Shown in pieces: positions 36,552 to 49,847 of a stretch of DNA of 64,000 nucleotides. The notes under the pieces were generated by a model, which had not been told where the DNA came from, did not search any database, and was given only the letters and a program-made list of their open reading frames with translations. This DNA is from Lingula anatina (Eukaryota > Animalia > Brachiopoda). Made by a program: the position numbers and the translations under genes. The stretch is taken from positions 4,894,587-4,958,586 of the forward strand of contig CM120648.1 of assembly GCA_051362555.1 (NCBI GenBank). The letters are read 5' to 3'. Every line of letters starts with the position of its first letter. The stretch's first letter is position 1.

Positions 36552-39305
36552 CAGCCCGGGAGCCACTGGTCTGCCGCTAGGTGGCTATTAAACAAACCGG
36601 AAGTTCGAGAATTTGAATTGGGCAATATTTTTTGAGATTTATAGGGTGTCATAAACGGTGTATTATCTCGGCTATTAACGTACTTGGGGTTACTATATGT
36701 ACATTGTCATATTGAGAAATAAATTTCGAATAAAGTGAGATGACTCAAAAGTTGATCTACAGCATATTTAATGTTGAAAAATGAGTTTGAAATCGAAATT
36801 TTATTAAAGCTATTACGGAAGTTCGTTTTTGATTTTGATTTTTGTACCTATAGAGGCCTCCGCACAACTTGAAATTACTACAAGTTGTGGAAAATTTATT
36901 CAGCTTTCTGTCAATGTAAGCATGTAAAGAACTTTGCCTTAAGCTGTGAATGGCACAAATCAATTCACGGCCATGTCAGCCTGAAAACTCTCACTTACGA
37001 TATCCGCATATAAGCCTCGCTTTGACTTAGTGCTTTCTCATGAGCTTCAGTCTCGTTTTAGTTTTTCCTTCACACAGTATTACTTATATAGAGCAACTGG
37101 GTATTGGGGACAATGAAATAATTTTTTTCTTGGCACTTACCATGGTGCTAATACAAATTGAACTTTAACATTTTTTTTTCATTGTAGATAAACCTTTTTA
37201 TTACATGAGGCCAACTGATGAGGGTATTCCTTTCATTAAATATGAAAAATAACAAATGAAAGACAATTTACATTTAATCACATTGCTATATATTTTATTT
37301 TAATTTTACATAAAATTCAACTAGCCTGAAATATTTTACCAGTGAGACATGTACATTGCAAAATAGTTATTTTACATTACATTGTACATTAATTACCCAG
37401 TAGGTGATAATTCAATGCTACTTTACTTGATTGGTACACATTTATATATATTTAACCATCTAACACACAATTTCCCTTTACACAGTGGACCAGAATTTTT
37501 ACAAATAATATAATTTCATAAATTTTCCCAAAGATGTCATGTTAATTTTCTTTCAGTGATACCAGGTATCAATCCATATTTGCATTTGAATAAACTTGTT
37601 TTACTTGTATTCTGATAAGTAGATATTATCTATAAGCTACACATATATAAAAAAAACCTGCACAGTAAAAATAAAACAATGTATTGTTAACTTAGTTGCA
37701 CATACACTTTTAACTAACTTCATGTGGTTAAAACCTAAATTGATTTCACAAACTGCATTTCTATGTACTGATAACCAATAACTATTTATATTAACAAGAG
37801 CACATATTTTTCATCCCTTAGAAGTATCCCAGAGGTTGTGGTGTTCATTGCCACACAGCATTTGGAAATGATGGGCGCTTTTGTTATGATAATTGCACGG
37901 CAAAAGGAATAATCCTGGTCCCATTCATGATATTCAAGCCTAGAATAAATAATAGAGTTTTTAAAAGAATATCATAAAAAAATTCTAACTACATTTATCA
38001 ATTGCTCACACACATACACACTGAAATTAATCATAATTTATTGCAATCTTTGTAATAGGTAAACTGTAACAATCAATCTTAAACAGCACTATATTTACAA
38101 TCTTTACCTTAAACTGCACTATTTATACTTAATTCATAACAGTGATTATTAAAAAAACATTTGAAACTGAACTTTGGGCAAAATTGCACACCCATCATAA
38201 TTCAAAAACCCAATTTGAATCAAGGCATGAAAAAATTAGAAAACACATGCAAGTCAGAGCACCACATCACTATCATATGCCCTCATCATTGAAGAGCCTG
38301 TTTCATTTAATGTACAAACACATATACATATATTAATAATTATTCACCTTTTTTAAACTTGCATTTTTATGACATTCTTCTCCTCAAAACCCCCAACCAA
38401 TGCAATAAAACTTATTTTGTGTTTACATGTTTTTTTTTCTAAAAAAATTAACACAATTGATACATTTAACCCCCCCCCCCGCCCCCAGCAAAAAAGACAT
38501 AATTTACGATTGATATATTTCAAAACATGCCTATGGTTAGTTTACAATACTGTATCTTTCACAACTACTGGTACCAATGCCCCCCCCCCCCTCCCCACCG
38601 CTTTGCAAACAAGTACTGGTACACCACGATATGCACATACGTATACGTGTATGCAGGTTGGATGACAATGTTATTTTGCAATCCACTTCATCCTTTTCAC
38701 ATTAAAACACGAAGAAATTGCATGAGAAGCCAAGATTCAAACATTTCACTTATACGGTGACATTCATTCCATGCATGAGACCAGAAAGCCACTGCCATCA
38801 CTCGATCAACTAAATGATAGGTACCCGGCACGGTGAATATACAGCTTGTTGGAAATGTTGAAATTCTACAAATTACAGGCCATCGCACATCTTAAAAATT
38901 TGATATGTTCAAAAAATATTGCCAAACTATGAAAAAACAGGAACAAATAAAGAAAAAAACCCTTAAGCTGCATTTGGCACAGTTCAAAAGTCAATGTTTA
39001 CAATGTCGTTTTGTGTGCGGCCATTTTGCTAATCGCCAGTAACTTTAGAGAATACTCAGTGAAATCGATACACGAAGACTTATTCGGTGTATAAAATGTA
39101 ACTTAAGCATATACTGTATTGTCCCGTCAAATTCATTAGTATCTAAATCTACTGTTCATTCCACAAACACATGTACAACTTACCTGTCTCTATGCCTTCG
39201 TCTCCCGCCAAATTTTTTTGGGGCTACCACTCCACGTTTTGAAAACGAGGCCAAATCTAATATTTTCCAAAATAACCGTCAAATCAGCCAGTGGCTCCCG
39301 GGCTG
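36552..39305. mobile_element. 2.75 kb non-autonomous DNA transposon with 18 bp perfect TIRs and a 3 bp TSD (ATG)
   Basis: ATG|CAGCCCGGGAGCCACTGG ... CCAGTGGCTCCCGGGCTG|ATG; no intact transposase ORF visible. Confidence 0.8.
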
Positions 39306-39329
39306 ATGTGTTTGCTGATATGATTTGGT

Positions 39330-41150
39330 TGAATATTTGTTGGTTTTGTATGTAAAAACCTGATCGGATCATTTTTCCAAAACCAATGCTGTTTTATGGC
39401 TTTTCCAGCATATTTTGTCCAACTTTATACAAATAAAATGAAAATAGTTTTCATAAACTACAGGTCAAGTTCGAAAATCGGCCCGATTTGGCCATTGTTA
39501 TTTCTGTTTAATATTTGCTGTTTTGTATGTAAATGGGTTTTCCTCGAAAAAATTGTATTGTAGCTATTTTTGAATTTCGCTTCGTTCAGCTTTGTTCAGT
39601 TAGTAGGTGCTTATTCGGCCCACAGCATAGGTTATATACGTGCACATCGGAATGAAAAAACACTTCTGCTGAATTTCCTAGCTGACTTGGGTGTTTCAGA
39701 ACCCTCTTAATTAAAGAGTTTGCACACTTTTTATATACAGGCATAGATGAATATTTATGAAATACATTAATGTCAATTTCGAAAATCGGCCTGATGGAAC
39801 CATTTTTTCAATTTTTTTTTTTTTTCAGCACATTTTACATTTTATCCACCATTATACAAATGAAATGCAATGAAAACGGTTTTACCTTTTGTTTTCAAGC
39901 TTTTGGAACTGATGAACATTCATAAACTTCGGGCCAAGTTCGTAAATCGGCCTGATTTGGCAATTTTTATTTTTGTTGAAGTTATGCTGTTTTTTTATGT
40001 AAATGGGTTTTTCTTCAGATTCAGTTCTTAGGCATGTTTATAGTCTCAGCGTTGAACTAATTGTATTGGTAAAAGTGTCCTTTGGTATTTTATTCATTTT
40101 AACAATTAAATAAATTGCTTATATAAAATGATGGTAAATCTAGTATCGCATATTGTGTAATAAATTGTCAAAAATGAAAATAAACTTGAGTCAGCGCAGT
40201 TTGACAGATTCAATCCCTTAATTTGTTCAGAATCTTATAATGGAGTAAATTGGACATTTGAAATCATTTTACTGATATTTCCCCATCTTAACAATTTTGA
40301 AGTTGATCATTTAAAGTTGAAAGTAAATTAGTTATTATGAAATATGTGTTGAAAATGAAAATAACACATTTTAGTACTTGTGTACATATTGGCATTTTTA
40401 AGGTTTGATGCATTACCATGGACCTGGAGACCTTTGCTAACCAAATATTTTTATATCTGTTACCTGCAGTGCATAATTTGAAATTGATGGTGATTAGAAG
40501 CTGTTAGGCATTACGTAACATTGCATCAAAATTGATAAAAAATATTTTGTGTACTGCCACCACAAATGCTCTAAAAGAAAAGCTGTGTCCCTTATTATTT
40601 TGTAACTCCCAAGAATGGTTGACATACAGCTCAAATTGGCAAACCAGCTTGATTGGATTATTTTTCTATGTTGTGTACTGTGTCTATGACAGCTGTGCTG
40701 TCTTATACAAGTTACAAGTTATTCAAAACTCAGCTGCAAGACTGGTTTGTCAAATTAAGTGCTGGTTTGTCAAATTAAGTGCAATAGTACACACGATATC
40801 ACCATTCTGAAAGGATTACACTGGCTGCCTGTGAAGCAGAGGATTGATTATAAAATAGGGCCTACTGTGCATTATTTTAAAGGCGATACATACACAGGGG
40901 CCATTATATTTATCTGATCTTATCTGTTTTAACTCACCACGGCGGTCTACACGTTTTAATACTGAGAATGACCTTATTTTAGAACATTCTGTTTTAGGGA
41001 AGGGGTGCCCCAAAAGTTATGGCGATTGGGCTTTTAAAATCTATTGTGTGGAATGCCTTACCAACTTTTATTAGAAAAGCAGAAGACTTTGACAATTTTA
41101 AATCCCCTTTAAAGACCCACATTTTTATATCTGTCTATGTCTCTTAGATT
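39330..41150 (+). mobile_element. Older, diverged relative of the HINE-A repeat family
   Basis: Diverged CAGGTCAAGTTCGAAAATCGG units and the same AT-rich body as 41154 onward. Confidence 0.65.
40700..41130 (+). mobile_element. Decayed 3' fragment of an L2/CR1-type LINE ORF2
   Basis: Frameshifted translation KLQVIQNSAARLV...LKGLHWLPVKQRIDYKI...FKSPLKTHIF, typical of the L2 RT C-terminus. Confidence 0.8.
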
Positions 41151-44100
41151 TTTATGTACAGACACAGATGTGTCTGTACATATAGCCATCATCTGCGTCT
41201 GTCGTCGCCGTCGTCGCCGTCGTCGCCGTCCTTGCCGTCGTGCACTTTTACCGATAACACGATAAGTGGAAAACTGTTTTTTATTTCAGCTTGAAACTTA
41301 CAGAATTGATGAATATTCATAATACGCAGGTCAAGTTCGAAAATCAGCATGATCGGGTGACTTGTAGGGAAGTGATGCCATTTTTTCACTTTTTTCAGCA
41401 TATATGCAGCACCGATAACACGATAAGTGGAAAACCATTTTACTTTTTGGCCTGAAACTTACAAAACTGATGAATATTCATAATCCGCAGGTCAAGTTCG
41501 AAAATCAGCATGATCGGGCCATTTTTAGGGGAGTTATGCTATTTTTTCACTTTTTTCAACATATATGCAGCACTGATAACACAATATAAGAAAAACAGAT
41601 AGGCCAATTGTCATTATACTTACAGGAGTGGTCAATCTTACTAAAACGCAGGTTGAGTTCCAAAATCAGCATAATCAGGCCATTATTTTAGAAGTTATGC
41701 TGTTTTTTCACATTTCCTCAGATTCAATTGTTAGGCATGTTAACAGTGTCATTATTGAACTAATAAGATACGTAAAAGTGTTTGTTTGACATTTCCTGCA
41801 TCTTTATGACATTGTTAGTTGATTTTGTAAAAATGATGGTAAACTTGATATCGTGTATTGTGTAATAAAGTGTCAAATATGGAAATAAACTCATATCATT
41901 GCAGTTTGTCAGATTCAATCATCTACTCTCTTCAGAATCTCAGAATGGAGGAAATTGGACATTTAACACTGTTCTATTGATATTTTTCCCATCTCATCAA
42001 TTTTCTTAGTTGGTCATATACAAATGGTAGTAAACTGTTTATTTTGTTTTATGTTAAAAAAGTGTTTTAAAAATGGAAGAAAACCCATTGCAGAACAGTG
42101 CTGTCATGTTTCAGCATATATGCAGCACCGATAACACGATAAGTGGAAAACCATTTTACCTTTTGCCTTGAAACTTACAGAACTGCTGAATATTCATAAT
42201 AGGCAGGTCAAGTTCGAAAATCAGCATGATGGGGTCATTTTTAGGGAAGTTATGCTGTTTTTCACTTTTTTCAGCATATATGCAACACTGATAACATAAG
42301 TTAAAATTCATTTTACCTTTTGGCTTGAAACTTGCAGAACTAATGAATATTCATATTACGCAGGTCAAGTTCGAAAAGCAGCATGATCAGGTCATTTTCA
42401 GGGTAGTTATGCTGTTTTTTCACTTTTTTCAGCATATATGCAGCACGGATAACACGATAAGTGGAAAACGATTTTACCTTTTAGTTTCAAACTTACAGAA
42501 CTGATGAATATTCATAATACGCAGGTCAAGTTTGAAAATCAGCATGATCGGGTCATTTTTAGGGAAGTTATGCTGTTTTTCACTTTTTTCAGCATATATG
42601 CAACACTGATAACATGATAAGTGGAAAACCATTTTACCTTTTGGCTTGAAACTTGCAGAACAAATGTATATTTATAATACGCAGGTCAAGTTTGAAAATC
42701 AGCATGTTCGGGTCATTTTTAGGGAAGTAATGCTGTTTTTTCACTTTTTTCAGCATGTATGCAACACCTATAACACATTTGTGCTATATGATGGTACTGT
42801 AGGAATGGGTGATCACTAATTAAATTAAGGTCTATAAAGTCACTTGCCTACTCATTAATTTTCAATTGGCCATTAAATGAGATTACATAAAACACTCCTT
42901 GAGATTTCCCTGTAAAGTCCCATAGGTTTAGCTCTCTTAACTGTGTCACAAAATTAGGATTTGGTGATAATTGTGCAGATAAATGGTGTTTAACATTGCA
43001 AATAAATTTACAACAAAAAAAAAATGTGTTATGCCAACATGCTATAGATGAATAACAGTGCTTTATTTTTCTCAAACTTGGTGGGGTTATTAATATCAAG
43101 TTAATACAGCTAGATTGAAAGTTTGAATAGCAGCTTTATTGGAAATTTTTACGTTTTATTTAAAAATTTTTTAAAATTATTTTTCAAACACTAGCATCCT
43201 CTAGATGTGATTTTTAACTCCCATCCACCAGAAGTGCTGTGCATTTTCTGTATTTTTGTATATAATTGTTATTTCTTCAGATTTAATTCTTGGGCATGTT
43301 AACAGTCTCATTATGTAACTAATAAGATATGTAAAAGTGTTGTTTTGACATTTTCTGCTTCTTAACAATATTGTTAGTTGATTATATAAAAATGACGGTA
43401 AACCTGTTATTGTGCATTGTGTAATAAAGTTTCATAAATGGAAAGGAACTCATCATTGCAGTTTGTCAGATTTAATCATTCACTATGTTCAGCATCTGCA
43501 AATGGAGCAAATTGGACATTGAAAATTGTTCTATTGATATTTTTCTTATGTCAACAATTTTCCTAGTTGAACATTTAAAAATGACAGTTTATTGATTATT
43601 TTGTTTTAAAAAAGGTGTTGAAAATGGAAAGAAAATCATTTCAGTACAGTTATCTCTTGTTTACATTTTGGCATTTTGAAAGTGTGACTCTGAACTTCCA
43701 TGGCCTTGAAGACCTTCCCAAATCACATTTTCTGAATATTCATGATACTTTTATTTTTTTATAAAAAAATTGATGGTCAATATGCTGTTAAGTATTATGT
43801 TTTATTGCATGAAAGTTGAAGAAAACCCTATTTTGGACACTGCTGCCAGGATAGCGATTAAGGGAAAACCATGTTACTTATGATAATCAACCTTACTGAA
43901 AAGGCTGAAGTGCAGCTTGTGTTGGAAAACCATTGTAATTGTTTTCTGTTTTGAAAGCAATGCAGTAGAGTGCTATTTGGTGCAATAAATGTCTATGGAT
44001 AGTAGGCAATTATTTCAGGGTTATAAAATAATTTGCTTAATTAATTTTCAAGTGGCCATTAAATGAGATTACATAAACACACATTGAGATTTCATTGTAA

Positions 44101-44747
44101 AGTCCCATAGGTTTATCTCTCTTAACTGTGTCACATAATTAGGAATCGATGATTATTATGCAGGTAAATGTTATTTAATATTGAAAATAAGTTTACAAAA
44201 AAAATTTTGTGTAACGCTTACATTAATGCTAAAGATGAATAACAGTGCCTTATTATTCTCAAACTCAATAGGGTTATTCATATCATGTTAGTAATTGTAC
44301 AGCTAGATTAAAAGTTTGAATAGCAGCTTTATTGGTATTATTTGTTATGTTTTATTTTACATTTTCTTTTAATTTTTTTTTTCAAACACTAGCATCTTCA
44401 AGATGACACTTTCAACTGTCATCCACCAGAAGCGCTGTGTATTTTGTTTTTCCACATTAGCAGTTGTGCTGGTTTTTATGTCTTTAAACATTGTGTAATA
44501 TTATTTTATGCACTGTCATCATTTTTCACATATAGGGATTTTCATTATGTGAATTTGAACTCTCACATATGGTCCTGAAACTGTAATCTTATTGACCATG
44601 TTATTCTGTTGTATATATTTTTGAAATTTTTATCTTTTACCTACTGGCATTTTCAGTGTGGGACTTATAACTCCAAAGGGTATGTAACAGTTCACTTTTA
44701 TTGATACTACCTGTTGTGCAATATTTGCAACTTGACTTTACAGTTAA

Positions 44748-44955
44748 AGGGATAATAACTGTTCTTTTTTGGCAAATAATTTTTTTTCTAAAAAGTTTTT
44801 TTTTTTGTTAAAATCTCTTAAGAAATTATTACAAAGTATAGCCACCTATGGAGGTCACATGGTCTGATGACAAGTTCAGATATCAGAATAATAGCTATGA
44901 CTGCCCTTTTTGTGGTAAAACAAAATATATTATATTTCTGTGACTTGTTTACACT
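44748..44955. mobile_element. Truncated copy of the Kolobok-like element
   Basis: TTAA|AGGGATAATAACT; body matches 18260-18430. Confidence 0.75.
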
Positions 44956-45198
44956 GTTTAAACTGAAGTTGAATGATTCATATCATGGTTATGCAGCTAG
45001 ACTGAATGGCAGCTTTAGTGGAATATTTTTTGTAATTTTTTCTTTAATTTTTAATTTTTCAAACTGGCATTTTCAAGATGTGACTTATCACTCCCATCCA
45101 CCAGGAGCCCTGTACTGTAACTTTGTAACACTTTCTGTATTTTTTTAACTTACAAGTATGATTATATATATGTGGAATATTTTTTGTAATATATATAT

Positions 45199-46269
45199 TG
45201 TAGCGGTTTTTGAGTCTAAAGGTAGCGTGCTAATAAAAGTTCAATCCCAAGAAACAGTTCTTTTTGTCAATAAACAGTTTTATTTAAATCCAACGAAGTT
45301 TGTAAGGAGGCAATAAAAGAAAAAGTTCAATGTGTCCAGATATAATTCAAATGATACTGATGAAGAGTTTAATATAAATGCATAATCCAGGGTGCTACTA
45401 GGTAAAGTCAATAATCCTAGGAGGTGTAGGCATCGGTTAACATCGTACTGGTACTGGTACTGGTGGGCTTCACTTCGGAATTATTCCTGCCGACGGTAAC
45501 CTAGGGTCCCGTAGCTACGCTGACCCTGTCGGGATAATCTGACTGAGATATCCCTTAACGTTGGTGCCCCCAGCCAACGTATCGCTTGTCCTAATCGACC
45601 TCCTGCCTAAGGTCTGCCTACTCTACACGGGAGATATTTCCCTCGTCGTTGGTGCCCCAGCCAACGTAACTCAGGCCTTCGTTGCTACGCAAAGCCTGTC
45701 GGGAGAATCTGACGGAGATTTTCCCTGTCGTTGGTACTCCTGCCAACGTATCACTCTTCCTAACTAACCAACAATCAACCGCCCCAGTGAACCTGCCAGA
45801 GAAAGTAGAAACTTTCTCAATCGGAGCCTCGAGCGTAGCCTTGTCCCATCAGATTGGACCAACCGCCCCAGTGAACCTGCCAGAGGGAGTAGAAACTCCC
45901 TCAATCGGTACCTCGAACGAGTAGTATCCTCTGTGTCTCTTCCGTAGTATCTTCACCCAGCGTGAGGTGGGCTTGTGTCAGGAGATAATTTTATCGTTCT
46001 CACCTATGAAAGGGGAAGGGGTATAGGTAAGCTCGTAAAGACGTTGTTAGCACCAGAATGTTACTTCTGTACCGCAAGGTCGTCCCGCTCATGTTGTATA
46101 ACTCGCCAGAATTATTGGTCACAGTGCTGACGAGAGTAATGGTTTCAGTCACATGAATCAATAAATTGTAACAAACGCCCAAATATTTACCGGACGCTCC
46201 CATGGGGGTCTTTATGGCCCATAATGATAGGAATTACTTTGATAACGATTGTTAAAAATTGGTTCCATT

Positions 46270-46272
<3 letters not shown>
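45199..46272 (-). mobile_element. Probable solo LTR (1074 bp) inserted in a (TA)n tract
   Basis: TGTAG...TTACA termini, ATAT on both sides, sharp GC shift relative to the flanks, internal direct repeats; orientation is tentative, based on minus-strand AATAAA near 45280. Confidence 0.7.
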
Positions 46273-46343
<71 letters not shown>

Positions 46344-46436
46344 TTTTAATTGAGTTTAAGCAATGAGTTTAAGAAATTTTCACTTTATCTCATTCTGGCA
46401 TTTCCAAAGTTTAACTCTTATCAGCCTCAAGCCTTA

Positions 46437-46655
46437 GGGACTATTTCCAGACCCTATCACGCTAACTGTGGATCGATGTATCTCCAAGGGAATTCTCGCT
46501 AAATTGCAATCAATGTAAGTGGCTTAGCTGTCTGTCACGCCTACTGAAACTGGCATGCCAGAATCCTAAGCCGCTTAAACTGAAAGCAATTTAGTGAGAA
46601 ACCTCTTGGAGCTGGATTGATCCTGTTAGATTGATCTAGGTATGGGAACTCAGTC
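46437..46655. mobile_element. Harbinger-like MITE nested in HINE-A
   Basis: TTA|GGGACTATTTCC ... GGGAACTCAGTC|TAA; empty site AAGCCTTATGCTTGTTACAC at 53228 and 58919. Confidence 0.8.
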
Positions 46656-48889
46656 TAATGCTTGTTACACATTTTACTTTCATCCTAATTCAATGTTATG
46701 CACAATTAGAATTTGATGTTGGCTATGCAGTTACAGTAAGCATAATACATTAATGCATCAAAATTGACAGTATCCTATTTCCTGCGCTTTTTTTATGTAC
46801 TTTTTGGCTTTATATTTACAGAGCTGACTAATATTCATAAAATGCAGGTCAAGTTCGAAAATCAGCATGATCGGGCCATTATTGTAGGATTTATGCTGTT
46901 TTTTCACTTTTTAGCATATATGCAACACTGTTAACACATTTCAAGGAAAACCGATAGACCTGTTGTCATGAAACTCACAGGAGTAATCAATCTTACTAAA
47001 ACGCAGGTCAAGTTCGAAAATCGGCATGATCGGGCCACTATTTTACTAGTTATGCTGTTTTTTACACTTTTCAGCATATATGCAACACTGTAAACACAAT
47101 ATAAGAAAAACAGATGGGCCAATAGTCATGAAAGTCACAGGAGTGGTCAATTTTACTAAAATGCAGGTTGAGTTCGTAAATCAGCATAATCGTGCCATTA
47201 TTTTAGAAGGTATGCTGTTTTTTCACATTTCCTCAGATTCAATTTTTAGGCATGTTAACAGTCTCATTATTAAACTAATAAGATACGTGAAAGTGTTTGT
47301 TTGACATTTCCTGCATCTTTACAACATTGTTAGTTGATTGTGTAAAAATGATGGTAAACATGTTATCGTGTATTGTGTAATAAAGTTTCAAAAATGGAAA
47401 TAAACTCATATCATTGCAATTTGTCAGATTCAATCATTCACTATGTTCAGAATCTCAGAATGGAAGAAATTGGACATTTAACACTGCTCTATTGATATTT
47501 TTCTCATCACATCAATTTTCTTAGTTGATCATATAAAAATGGCAGTAAACTGTTAATTTTGTTTTATGTTAAAAATTGTTAAAAATGGGGGAAAAAACAT
47601 TTCAGAACAGTGCTGTCTTGTTTACATTTCGGCATTTTCAAGTTGTGACTTGGAAGTTCCATGGGCCTGAAGACCTTTGCTAGTCACATTTTCTGAATAT
47701 CCATGATACTAATATTTTATTATTAAAAATTGATGGTCATTATGCTGTTAAACATTATGTAATATTGCATCAAAATTTGAAGAAAACCTATTTTGGGCGC
47801 TGCTCCCATGACGACCATTTAAGAAAAACCATGTCACTTACTGTTCTCAAACAGTACAGTAAATATGTACAGATGTGTCTGTACATATGGCCATCACTTG
47901 CATCTGTCGTCGCCGTCATCGCCGGCGCCGGCGCCTTGCACTTTCATTGTAAACATGATAAGTGGAAGGCAGTTTTACTTTTGGGCTGTATATTTACAGA
48001 GCTGATGAATATTCATAAAACGCAGGTCAAGTTAAAAAATCAGCATGATCGGGCAATTATTGTAGAAAATATGCTGTTTTTTCACTTTTCAGCATATATG
48101 CAACACTGTAAACACATTTTAAGGAAAACAGATAGGCCTGTTGTCATGAAAATCACAGGAGTAATTGATCTTACTATAACACAGGTCAAGTTCGAAAATC
48201 GGCATGTTCCACAGGCTTGAAGACCCATGCTAGTCACATTTTCTGAAAATCCATGATACTTGTATTTTATTATTAAAAATTAACGGTCATTTTGCTGTTA
48301 ACCATTATGTAATATTGCATCAGAATAGAAGAAAACACAATTTTGGGTGCTGCTGCCAAGATGACCATTATGGGAAAATTATGTTACTTATGATTGTCAA
48401 ACTTTCAAAAAAGAAATACAGGACTAAAATGCAGAGTAATTGATCTTAGTAAAACGCTGGTCAAGTTCAAAAATCGGCATGATCGGGCCACTATTTTAGT
48501 AGTTATGCTTTTTTTTCACTTTTCAGCATATATGCAACACTGTAAACACAATACAAGAAAAACAGATAGGCCAATTGTCATTAAACTCACAGGAGTGGTC
48601 ATTCCTGCTAAATCGCAGGATGAGTTCAAAAATCAGCATAATCGGGCCATTATTTTAAAGAAATGCCATTTTTATGTACAGACACAGATGTATTTTACCT
48701 GTTGAGCATAATTAAAATTTGATGTTGAATTTGCAGTTTAACATAATGTACTTTTGCATCAGAATTGACAGTAGCCTTTTTTGTTATATCCTGCTTTTTG
48801 TCTGTACATTTGACAGCTTTGCTGCCTTGTTTTCTATTGGCGTCCAAAACGTTTTTATCTTTTCCTCAATTGATGCTTACTACCTCCAG

Positions 48890-49124
48890 GGCCATGGGTT
48901 GACAATGGCAGCACAGCTAAAATCGCTTGGGAAACCGCCGGCTGCGCCAACATCGAGTGCTTCAAATGGTGGCTTAGTGTGCATGACCCCCTCCTCCAAC
49001 ATCTCCCCTCGCAAAAGACAGAAGATTGATATGAATAAACCATATATCAGAGCGGCAGTAGGAGTCGTTGATTGCTCCGAACACCACGCCAGGAAGGTCA
49101 TTAAGAAATACATCAAGGAAACAG
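48890..49124 (+). CDS. IAP (BIRC)-like protein, exon with linker and first half of the UBA-like domain
   Basis: cctccag acceptor (phase 0), in-frame ACAATGG at 48905, MNKPYIRAAVGVVDCSEHHARKVIKKYIKETG resembles the cIAP UBA; G|gtttgt donor. Confidence 0.8.
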
Positions 49125-49407
49125 GTTTGTGTTGAAATTTATTGATATGAGCTTATACTTTGTTATGAATTTCTTTTTGTGGTTTTGATTTTTGATATTT
49201 GATATTCTATTCTACCAAAATAAGCGTGGTGTGTCAGAATTGTATTGATAGATTACGATAAATATGGCAATTTTTTATGTTTCCTATTTACACTTGGGGT
49301 TTGGTTATGTACAATTTTGAATTGTTAATTTTAGAAAATACCATTGCTTTGTTAACTGTTAAAAATGTATTCTGCACGCCCCTAAATGCTTATGTTTCAT
49401 ATACCAG

Positions 49408-49847
49408 GCAAGGAATTTGAGAATGCCGAGCAGTTTCTGGACTACCTACTTGAAATGGAAGGCACGGCAATAGATTCCGACTCCTCGGACTCTGAAGCAG
49501 AAACATCTTTATGTGAAACCAGCTCCTCACCAAAATATACGGAGGAACAGCCAGTTGCAGCCATTTTAAAGGAAGTTCCCGCTTCTCATAAGTCTCAAAA
49601 TTATAGCAACCACCAGGTGGGCCATCCCTTAAATGGACATGACGAAGACACAGCCGAAGCGTTGAGATTAGAAAATCAGCGCCTTAGGGATGAAAGGATT
49701 TGCAAAATCTGCATGGACGCCGATGTTGCTGTAGTGATTCTTCCCTGCGGCCATTTTGTGTGTTGCGAATCATGTGCGCCTGCGCTGATGAAGTGTCCCA
49801 TTTGCCGGGTGGACATACGAGGGACAGTGAAGACATACACGTCTTAA
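49408..49847 (+). CDS. IAP (BIRC)-like protein, terminal exon: end of UBA + C3HC4 RING
   Basis: ataccag acceptor in frame; LRLENQRLRDERICKICMDADVAVVILPCGHFVCCESCAPALMKCPICRVDIRGTVKTYTS* is a classic IAP RING; AATAAA at ~49982. Confidence 0.93.

Larger units (their letters stand above)
41154..48830 (+). mobile_element. Helentron-type non-autonomous element complex (HINE-A) with ~160 bp tandem core repeats and nested insertions
   Basis: Left end in a T-run with hairpin TGTACAGACAC-AGAT-GTGTCTGTACA followed by (GTCGTCGCC)n; right end TGTCTGTACAT + GACAGC-TTT-GCTGCC hairpin + TTGTT; this is the DINE-1/pearl/HINE architecture. Confidence 0.8.
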
